Assembly: GCA_944392425.1 (NCBI GenBank)
Contig: CALXWM010000001.1
Coordinates: 23,589-87,588 of the forward strand
Origin: an uncultured Clostridia bacterium
GTDB taxonomy: Bacteria > Bacillota > Clostridia > TANB77 > CAG-508
Length of the DNA: 64,000 nucleotides
Reading direction: 5' to 3'
Below are positions 49,700 through 57,776 of this stretch, in pieces. A program made the position numbers and the translations under genes. The number at the start of each line of letters is the position of its first letter. Positions within the stretch are counted from its first letter, which is position 1. A model generated the notes under the pieces. It was not told the DNA's origin. It was given only the letters and a program-made list of their open reading frames with translations, and made no database searches.

Positions 49700-50450
49700 G
49701 GTTATTTTAGTAATGGGATTAAGAAATAAGTGGAGTATTTCTTGGGGTGTAATAAGAAAAGCTTATGAAAATGGAGCAAAAGTATTATATACATATAATG
49801 ATGGTGACCAAGAAAAAATGGATAAACTTACAGAAGAATTAAAAGGTGCTAAAGGTTACAAATGTGATGTTTCAAACGATGAAGAAATAGAAAAATGTTT
49901 TTCACAAATTAAGAAAGATTTTGGAAAATTAGATGGAATATTACATAGTATTGCTCATGCATATACAGATGATTTAAGAAATGATTTCATATTAACTTCA
50001 AGAGATGGATATTCACATGCAATGGATGTAAGTAGTTATTCATTAGTAGCAATTTGTAGATATGCAATGCAATTAGATATGTTAAATGAGAATGCAAGTA
50101 TAGTAGCTCTTACATACTATGGTTCAGAAAAATCAATAGAAGGATATAATGTTATGGGAGCTGCAAAAGCAGCATTAGAGGCTTCTGTAAGATATTTAGC
50201 AAAAGACTTAGGTAAAAAAGGTATGAGAATAAATACTATATCTGCAGGACCTATCAAAACTTTATCAGCAAAAGGTATAAAAGACTTTAATTCAATACTA
50301 GATGTTGTTGAAGATAGAGCACCATTACATAGAAATGTAACAATAGATGATGTTGGTAATGTTGCAACATTCTTATTTAGTGATATGGCATCAGCTATAA
50401 CTGGTGAAATAATACATGTTGATTCAGGATTCTCATCAGTAGGTGTGTAA
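49683..50450 (+). CDS. fabI: Enoyl-ACP reductase (NADH), FabI type
   Basis: [22 protein letters not shown] matches the FabI N-terminus. Tyr/Lys catalytic region present. RBS AAGGGTG before 49683. Confidence 0.85.
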   Translation: MILKDKVILVMGLRNKWSISWGVIRKAYENGAKVLYTYNDGDQEKMDKLTEELKGAKGYKCDVSNDEEIEKCFSQIKKDFGKLDGILHSIAHAYTDDLRNDFILTSRDGYSHAMDVSSYSLVAICRYAMQLDMLNENASIVALTYYGSEKSIEGYNVMGAAKAALEASVRYLAKDLGKKGMRINTISAGPIKTLSAKGIKDFNSILDVVEDRAPLHRNVTIDDVGNVATFLFSDMASAITGEIIHVDSGFSSVGV

Positions 50451-50470
50451 TATCAATAGTGTGTCAATAG

Positions 50471-50532
50471 TGTCAATAGGGACGCTCATTTTTGACATAA
50501 AAATTGTCAATGGGGACGGTTCTATTTGACAA
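50471..50532. repeat. GGGACG-loop hairpins H7 and H8 just past fabI, preceded by TCAATAGTG direct repeats
   Basis: TGTCAA-TAGGGACGCTCATTT-TTGACA (50471-50497) and TTGTCAA-TGGGGACGGTTCTAT-TTGACAA (50504-50532). TCAATAGTG occurs 2.5 times at 50452-50478. Confidence 0.6.
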
Positions 50533-50558
50533 TATTAATAAAAATTAATAACTAAAAA

Positions 50559-50620
50559 AGCATCTGAATGAACTCAATTGGAAAAAGTAGAGTTCAAATA
50601 GGTGCTTTTTATTTTTTTTA
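50559..50620 (+). terminator. Terminator of the fab/acc operon
   Basis: Imperfect hairpin AGCATCTGAATGAACTC...GAGTTCAAATAGGTGCT followed by TTTTTATTTTTTTT. Confidence 0.5.
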
Positions 50621-51575
50621 TTTAATAGAAAAAAATAATTAAATAAAAATAATTAAATAAAAATAATTAAATAAATAATTAATTAAAAACAATAAAAAAA
50701 TTAAAATAATAAAAAAATAAATAAAAAAAATAAAAAATAAAATAATTAAAAATAAATAATTAATAAAAATAAATAATTAATAAAAATAAATAATTAATAA
50801 TAAATAAATTAAATTATTAAATATAAAAATTAAATAAGAAAATTAAAGAATCTTACTAATTAAAATAATAATTAATAAATAGAAAATATTTAAAATAAAA
50901 AATTAAAAATTAATAATTAATTTTTTAATCTATAAAAAAGAAATTGTCAAATAGTCTAATTACTTTTTAAAAAATACATTAATTTAAATTAATAATTAAA
51001 AGGAAAAATAAATTAATTACAAAATAAAACAAATAATTGTGTACAACAAAAAAATTAGAAAAATCAAAAATACTTAAGGAATTAACCATTTGAAAGGATT
51101 TTTTTTATAAAAAACTCACAAAAGTATAAACAAAAATTGTAAACATAATATTGAAAAATGGAATAAAAATATATAAAAACCATTAGTAAAAATAATAAGA
51201 AAAATCAATAAAAAAGAATAAAATATCAGATGTGACTAAAAGACAAAATTTAAAATTAATGTTTATAATAAAAAATAATATTAATTTTATATAATAAAGC
51301 TCTTGCGAAAATCTGTTTGATATGATATAAATATATATAATTAGTTAATTAAATAATAAAGATAAATTAATTTATAAAAAATAATAAATTAAAAGATAAA
51401 TAATAAAAAATAAATAAATTAAAAATAAATAAATTAAAAATAAATAAATTAAGAATAAATAAATTATAATAAATAAATAATAATTAAATTAGTTAATAAA
51501 ATAATAAATTATTAATTTTAAAAAGCTAAAATAAATTAATTATTAATAAAAAAATAATTAAAGAAAGGATAAATA
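50621..51575. repeat. ~1-kb non-coding AT-rich tract with tandem arrays (for example 50621-50830, 51340-51540)
   Basis: No ORFs. 14-17 bp units AAAAATAATTAAAT and AAATAAATAAATTAAAA repeated 3-4 times. Same motif family as 7509-9863 and 52617-52730. Confidence 0.7.
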
Positions 51576-52616
51576 ATGAAATTTGTACATATAGCCGATG
51601 TTCATTTAGATACTCCATTTAAAACAATTAGTGATAGAGCAGATATAGGAGTAGAGAGAAGATTAGAGCAAAGAAATGCTTTAAAAAAAGTTATAGATTA
51701 TATTAAAGAAAATAATATTGAATATTTATTTATTAGTGGAGACTTATACGATCAAGAATATGTTAGAGAAAGCAGTATAAGATTTTTAAATGATTTATTT
51801 AGTGAAATACCAAATACAAAAATATTTATTGCACCAGGAAATCATGATCCTTATATAAAAAATTCTTTTTACTTTACTTTTTTATGGAACAGCAATGTAA
51901 AGATATTCACAAATATTGTAGAAAAAGTGGAAAACAATGATGTAAATATTTATGGATTTGGGTTTAATAATTTTGAAATGAATGAAAATCAAATAAAAGA
52001 TATTATTTTAGACGAACCAGAAAAAATAAATATATTAATTACACATGGAGATTTAGGTGAATCTAAATATAATCATATGAATTTAAATGAAATAAAATCA
52101 AAAGGTTTTGATTATGTTGCACTTGGTCATATTCACAAAAGAGATGATAGTACAAATATTGTTTATCCTGGCTCATTAATTTCTTTAGGTTTTGATGAAT
52201 TAGGTGAACATGGTATGATTGTTGGAGAAATTATTGATAAAAAATTAAATAAAGAATTTGTCAAAGTTGATGACAGAGAATTTGTTGAATTTGAATTAGA
52301 TGTTAGCAATATTATATCTGAAGAAGAATTAATAGAAAAAATAAATAACATTAATGAAGAAAATAAATTATATAAAATTATTTTAATAGGTTATAGAAAT
52401 TTCCCAATAAATATTGATATTAAATTAATAAATAAAAATATTATTAAAATAAAAGATAATACAAAATTAAAAATTGATTTTAAAGAAAATAATAATACAT
52501 TAAAAGGATTATTTATTAAAAAATTAAATGAAAGAAAAAATAATAATTTAATTGATGAAAAAACTTTTGAGAATATTTTAGAAATTGCTGAGCAGGCTTT
52601 GGGAAAAAATAAATAA
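51576..52616 (+). CDS. SbcD/Mre11-family metallophosphoesterase nuclease (YhaO-like)
   Basis: Calcineurin-like motifs HIADVHLD, GDLYD, GNHD, HGD, GHIH. Confidence 0.75.
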   Translation: MKFVHIADVHLDTPFKTISDRADIGVERRLEQRNALKKVIDYIKENNIEYLFISGDLYDQEYVRESSIRFLNDLFSEIPNTKIFIAPGNHDPYIKNSFYFTFLWNSNVKIFTNIVEKVENNDVNIYGFGFNNFEMNENQIKDIILDEPEKINILITHGDLGESKYNHMNLNEIKSKGFDYVALGHIHKRDDSTNIVYPGSLISLGFDELGEHGMIVGEIIDKKLNKEFVKVDDREFVEFELDVSNIISEEELIEKINNINEENKLYKIILIGYRNFPINIDIKLINKNIIKIKDNTKLKIDFKENNNTLKGLFIKKLNERKNNNLIDEKTFENILEIAEQALGKNK

Positions 52617-52730
52617 TTAATTAAATAAAAAAATAAATTAAAAATATGTAAAAAAATTAAAATAATAATAAAATAAATAAATTTAAAATAATTAATTTAA
52701 ATAATTAAAAATTAAAAGGAGAAAATTATT

Positions 52731-54665
52731 TTGAAAATAGAAAATATAAAAATTAATTCATATGGTAATTTAAAAAATAAAGAAATTAATTTAAAAAAAT
52801 TAAATATTATTTATGGAAAAAATGAAAGTGGAAAATCTACACTATTAAATTATATAAAAAATATTTTTTATGGAATATCAAAAAATAAAAATGGAAGAGA
52901 TATTTCAGATTATGATAAATATTTGCCATGGGGTGAAAATGATTTTTCTGGAAAAATAAAATATTCATTGGATAATAATTTTAATTATGAAATATATAGA
53001 GATTTTAATAAAAAAAATCCAGTAATATATAATGGTCAAATGGAGGATATTTCTAATAATTTTAAAATTGACAAAAAGACAGGAAATCAATTTTTTATTG
53101 AACAAACAAATGTCGATGAAAGCACTTTTATGTCAACAGCATTTTCAATGCAAAAGGAAGTGGTTGTAGATAGTGGTACGCAAGGTATTTTACTACAAAA
53201 GGTTGCAAACCTTGCGGAAAGTGGTTCAGAAGATGTGTCATATAAGAAGGCATTGAGCAACATTAATACTATGTTACTTAATGAGGTGGGTACATCAAAT
53301 AGTAAGGAAAGACCTATTAATATAGCAGAAAGTAATATCAAAAAGTATACAATTGACCTAATGACAATAAATGATGTAAAAAATAATAGGTATGAAATTG
53401 AGGAAAAAATTAATAATTATAAGCAAGAAATAAATATAGAAAATAAAAAAGATAAATTATTAAATTCTGTAAAAGAAATAATTGATAAAAATAAAATAGA
53501 AAAAGAAAAAATAAAATTAAAAAATAATATTTTAGAAGAAAATAATAATAAAATTAAAAATTTAGATAATGAAAAAGATAATTTATTAAATAAAATAAAA
53601 AATACAGAAAATATTTTTGAAAATAATTTAAAAAATAAAAAAATAAATAATAAAAATAAAATTATTAATTTTGTTATTTTAATTTTTTTAATAACAATTA
53701 ATATTTTAAATTTTATTTTTATAAAAAATATAATAATTAATATTTTATTATTTTTATTAATTCCAATTTATTTAATTTATTTTTTTATTAAATTAAATAA
53801 AAATAAAAAAATAAAAATAGAGGAAGAAAATAAATTAAATAAAATTAATTCGGAAAATGAAGAAATAAAAAAACAAATGAATATTTTAGATGGGCAAATA
53901 GAATTATTAGAAAAAAATTCAGAAGATACGAAAAATGAAATTGAAAAAATAGAAAATAATTTAAATAATAAATTATTAGAAGAAAAAAATGATATTATAG
54001 AAAATAATAAAAATAATTTTTCAGAAGATTATATTAATGATTTATTTAATTCAAATATTGATTTGTTAATTAATACAAATCAAAGAAAAATTAATGAACT
54101 AAATTTACAAATACATAAATTAGAAATAGATAGAGATAATATTGACCCAAAATTAGAAAAATTAATACATACAGAAGAATTATTAGAAATAGAGCAAGAA
54201 AATTTAAACAAATTGCAAAATAGAGCAGAAGAACTTAATTTAGCTAAAGTTATTTTGGATGAAGCTTATACTGAGATGAAGAAAAATATTACACCAAAAT
54301 TTAATCAAAGCTTATCTAAAAATGTAGAAAAAATATCTGATGGAAAATACAAAAATATTATAATTAATGATAAAATAACCGTAGAATTAGATGATGGTAG
54401 ATATGTTCCGGCGGAAAGTTTAAGTATAGGAACAATTGAGCAAATTTATTTATCTCTTAGACTTGCTATAATGAATGAAATAAGCAAAGAAAAATTACCG
54501 GTTATGCTTGACGAAGCATTTGCATATTATGATGATCAAAGGTTAGAGGCAGCCCTAGACTTTTTAAATAAAATTGATAATCAAGTTATATTATTTACCT
54601 GTACAAATAGAGAAAAAGAAATTCTTGAAAAAAATAATATTGATTTTAATTTTGTAACTTTATAA
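52731..54665 (+). CDS. SbcC/SMC-like AAA ATPase with central TM hairpin (YhaN-like), TTG start
   Basis: Walker A GKNESGKST, coiled coils, two TM helices (FVILIFLITINILNFIF / ILLFLLIPIYLIYFFI), ABC signature LSIGTIEQ, Walker B VMLDEAF. RBS AAAGGAG before the TTG. Confidence 0.7.
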   Translation: MKIENIKINSYGNLKNKEINLKKLNIIYGKNESGKSTLLNYIKNIFYGISKNKNGRDISDYDKYLPWGENDFSGKIKYSLDNNFNYEIYRDFNKKNPVIYNGQMEDISNNFKIDKKTGNQFFIEQTNVDESTFMSTAFSMQKEVVVDSGTQGILLQKVANLAESGSEDVSYKKALSNINTMLLNEVGTSNSKERPINIAESNIKKYTIDLMTINDVKNNRYEIEEKINNYKQEINIENKKDKLLNSVKEIIDKNKIEKEKIKLKNNILEENNNKIKNLDNEKDNLLNKIKNTENIFENNLKNKKINNKNKIINFVILIFLITINILNFIFIKNIIINILLFLLIPIYLIYFFIKLNKNKKIKIEEENKLNKINSENEEIKKQMNILDGQIELLEKNSEDTKNEIEKIENNLNNKLLEEKNDIIENNKNNFSEDYINDLFNSNIDLLINTNQRKINELNLQIHKLEIDRDNIDPKLEKLIHTEELLEIEQENLNKLQNRAEELNLAKVILDEAYTEMKKNITPKFNQSLSKNVEKISDGKYKNIIINDKITVELDDGRYVPAESLSIGTIEQIYLSLRLAIMNEISKEKLPVMLDEAFAYYDDQRLEAALDFLNKIDNQVILFTCTNREKEILEKNNIDFNFVTL

Positions 54666-54695
54666 CAAATATTTATTAATTAATAAGTAAAAATT

Positions 54696-54733
54696 AACCC
54701 TAAATTATATAAAAAATAATTAGGGTTTTTTTG
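54696..54733. terminator. Bidirectional terminator between the ATPase gene and the CDF transporter gene
   Basis: AACCCTAAATTA...TAATTAGGGTT followed by TTTTTT. Confidence 0.6.
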
Positions 54734-54758
54734 CACAAAAATTAATTTTATTATTTAA

Positions 54759-55637
54759 TTATATATTTTCTTTTTCCATTTCCATAGGATTAACATGTAT
54801 AATTGCTAAATATATAAAAGGTAAACCATTTAATTCTTTTTCTAATTTATCAGCAATACTGTGACTTTCAAATGTTGTTAAAGTTCCATCAACAAATATT
54901 GTTATTGAAACTAAATATTTATATCCCACAGGTGTAGTATTTAAATGATTATATTTTTTTATTTCAGGATATTTATTAATTATTTCAATTATTTTATTTT
55001 TATCTCCATCATTTAAAGATTTATCCATTAATACATTGAAACTTTCTATAAATATTTGCAATCCTGAATAAAAAATCCAAATAGAAATACCAATACCAAC
55101 CACACTATCAAACCAGTAAATATTGATTAAGCTTAGCATAATTGAAATTAAAGTAAAACTTGTTATTATGCAGTCATTTCTATGGTCTTTTTTATTTGCT
55201 TCTAATAATAAATTTTCGAAATTTTTAGACAATTTATTTGTGTATAGAAATAGAGACAATTTTACAATAATTGTGATAATACAAACTATTACTAAAAACC
55301 AAGAAAATTCGAAAGTATCTCCATTTATTAATGACATTATAGAATCATACAATAATTTTAGTGATATTGCCATCATTGATATACTTATAAACATTGAAAA
55401 TATGTATTCTGCTTTTCCATGACCCATATTGTGTGTATCATCTTTAGGTTCACTTGCAATTTTATTTCCTATAAAAGTCATTAAAGAAGCAAAAATGTCT
55501 GCTGCACTATTTACACTATCTGCTATCATTGCTTGGCTATTTGTAATTAGTCCGATTATTCCTTTAATTATTAATAAAAATATATTGCCTACAATTCCTA
55601 ATATTCCGGCTATTTTAGTTTGCTTATATCGGTCCAT
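54759..55637 (-). CDS. Cation diffusion facilitator (CDF) family metal efflux transporter
   Basis: Six TM helices with HD/DxxxD-type motifs (IADSVNSAADI, DTHNMGHGKAE) and a C-terminal cytoplasmic domain. Confidence 0.8.
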   Translation of the reverse strand: MDRYKQTKIAGILGIVGNIFLLIIKGIIGLITNSQAMIADSVNSAADIFASLMTFIGNKIASEPKDDTHNMGHGKAEYIFSMFISISMMAISLKLLYDSIMSLINGDTFEFSWFLVIVCIITIIVKLSLFLYTNKLSKNFENLLLEANKKDHRNDCIITSFTLISIMLSLINIYWFDSVVGIGISIWIFYSGLQIFIESFNVLMDKSLNDGDKNKIIEIINKYPEIKKYNHLNTTPVGYKYLVSITIFVDGTLTTFESHSIADKLEKELNGLPFIYLAIIHVNPMEMEKENI

Positions 55638-55777
55638 AAATAATCTCCTAATAAATGTTATTATTAAAAATAATAAATTAGAATAATATAAATAAAATTA
55701 TATAATTTTTTTATAAAAAAGTCCATAAAATATAAAAATTATTATGTAACTATTCATGATAAAATAATTTAGTCACC

Positions 55778-57155
55778 CAGGATAAAGACATGAAAAATTT
55801 TTTCATCGTCTGTATCCATTACAATTACTTGATTAAGAGATAATTGTTGTCTTGAAATTACGTAGTATTTTAAAGATTTCAATTGTCTCTTTTTCTACAT
55901 TTCTTGATATATCTTTTCTTATTCTTTTTAGGCTTTTATTTTTTATCTTTTTTACTTCATTTAATATTGTTAAACAGAACTTTTTTATTATTTGCAAATT
56001 ATATAATGCCTTCTTATTTACCGTCGTATTACTGTCACATTTAAAGGTAAAGTCCATTTGCCAATGTAATTTATTCTCCACATTCCAATGTTTTCTTATT
56101 GCATTTGAAAATTCTGCTGTATTTAACAATAAGCTTGAAATGTAATATCTTTTTTCTTCTACTTTACTTCCATCTGCTTTTTCTATGGTCTTTTTTACTA
56201 AGCCTATACTTTTTAATCCTTCCCATTCCTTATATTCTGCATACCATTTTACATCCTCTGTTTGATAATATTCATATGTTATTATTCCACTATGACTTTT
56301 TTCTCTGGTTAGTAAATATCCTCCTTCATAGCCTGATTGTATTAGTAGCAGTTTATCTTCATCAAAGTAATCTTCTACATCTTGATAAAAATTACCATGG
56401 TTTCTTTTTAAAGCTACACAATAGTCTCCTTTTTTAGAGATTACTGCTTTTATATTCTCCTTTTGCGTATTCAATGCATCCCATGTGCATATTGCTCCTT
56501 TTAAATCTAACCTTTTTATTATTTCTGGTATTCCTGTTATTTCATTTGTTTTTTCTTCTATTAGTTCTTGCCCTATGCACATATTTAATTTGTCTGAATA
56601 TACATTTAAAACATTTAATGGCTTTACTTCTTCTGTTATATTTGCTTTCTTTCTTGCACTTCCTTGGTCAACTTTTCCATCAAATGAAAATATGTCTTTA
56701 AATGTTTTATCTTCCATAAATTGTATTTCTTTTATGAAGTCGACAAATATTTTATTTAATTCTTGGCTATCTATTATGCTTATTACTCTTTCGTAAGTTT
56801 TAGCAGATGGAATTCCTCCAGTTAGTTTTAAAAATGTTTTTAAAAATTCTTTTTCATCTTTAGCATAATCTTCTATTTCTTCCCATTCATTACAATCTGC
56901 TAAAACTGCTAGAATTACTACAACAACTATATCCCAAATTTTATATGTGATTTTGCCTTTTTGTCTCTCATCTTTTAACATCATCGATTTTTCCTTCAAT
57001 TCTTTTAATTTACTTATTTCTATTTCTTTTATATTCATTATCTTTTGCTCCGTTTCGATGATATTATACCGTATTTTTTGATATTTGACTACTACTTTTT
57101 ATTGACTTTTAAACATTTATTAGACTTTCTAAAATTTTTTCATGTCTTTATCCTG
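55778..57155 (-). mobile_element. ISAs1-family insertion sequence (about 1.38 kb) with ~25-bp terminal inverted repeats
   Basis: Left inverted repeat CAGGATAAAGACATGAAAAATTTT (55778-55802). Right inverted repeat AAAATTTTTTCATGTCTTTATCCTG (57131-57155), the reverse complement of the left. A single transposase ORF lies inside. Confidence 0.8.
55833..57038 (-). CDS. ISAs1-family DDE transposase
   Basis: C-terminal HWNVENKLHWQMDFTFKCD matches the ISAs1/IS4-like HWxIEN..HW..DVxFxED signature. Plus-strand ORFs 55852-56796 are antisense low-complexity noise. Confidence 0.8.
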   Translation of the reverse strand: MNIKEIEISKLKELKEKSMMLKDERQKGKITYKIWDIVVVVILAVLADCNEWEEIEDYAKDEKEFLKTFLKLTGGIPSAKTYERVISIIDSQELNKIFVDFIKEIQFMEDKTFKDIFSFDGKVDQGSARKKANITEEVKPLNVLNVYSDKLNMCIGQELIEEKTNEITGIPEIIKRLDLKGAICTWDALNTQKENIKAVISKKGDYCVALKRNHGNFYQDVEDYFDEDKLLLIQSGYEGGYLLTREKSHSGIITYEYYQTEDVKWYAEYKEWEGLKSIGLVKKTIEKADGSKVEEKRYYISSLLLNTAEFSNAIRKHWNVENKLHWQMDFTFKCDSNTTVNKKALYNLQIIKKFCLTILNEVKKIKNKSLKRIRKDISRNVEKETIEIFKILRNFKTTIIS

Positions 57156-57304
57156 AAAAATTTTTATTTGATATTGAAAAAAAAAAATATTTAATATATA
57201 ATAAAAAAAATCTTTAATATTATTAAAACGCTAACAATTAAAACAAAATTGGAAGGTAAAATAATATTATTACTTAAATTATGTAAATAATAAAGGGGTA
57301 ATAA

Positions 57305-57733
57305 ATGGGAACTTGGGAAGATTATGAAAGGGAAAGAAGAAGAAGAGAAGATGAAGCAAGAAAAGCGGCTAGAAGAAATGAGTTAAATAACAAAATTAAT
57401 TCTTTAAATAAAGAGATTAATAACTTAAATAAGGAAAAAAATCAATATATACAAATGAAAAATAAAATAAATCAAGCCTTACCTAAATTAAATGAGGGTA
57501 AAGCTACCGTAAACCAAGGTAGCAATGAACTTCAAAATGCATACACGAGTCAAACAGCAAAAAATAAAGTTAAAGAATTTCAAGAAACAATAACTAACAT
57601 AGGAAATATAATAAAAAACTTAAATAATATAATATTACCAGCAATAGATTCAAAAATAAATGAATTAAATAGTCGAATTCAATCAAAAAATAATGAAGTA
57701 AACGAGTTAAGAAATGAATTGTCAAGCATATAA
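57305..57733 (+). CDS. Coiled-coil helical protein (142 aa)
   Basis: Charged N-terminus (ERERRRREDEARKAARR) then heptad-rich NxLNxxI repeats. Directly precedes the large toxin-like gene. Confidence 0.45.
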   Translation: MGTWEDYERERRRREDEARKAARRNELNNKINSLNKEINNLNKEKNQYIQMKNKINQALPKLNEGKATVNQGSNELQNAYTSQTAKNKVKEFQETITNIGNIIKNLNNIILPAIDSKINELNSRIQSKNNEVNELRNELSSI

Positions 57734-57776
57734 AAAGAAAAAATAATATGAAAAATTAAATATAGAAAGGAATAAA

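Noticed and set aside
55852-56796. Cluster of plus-strand ORFs (97-112 aa) inside the IS
   Set aside because: They are antisense to the ISAs1 transposase gene. The products are Leu/Phe-rich low-complexity, typical of AT-rich antisense frames.
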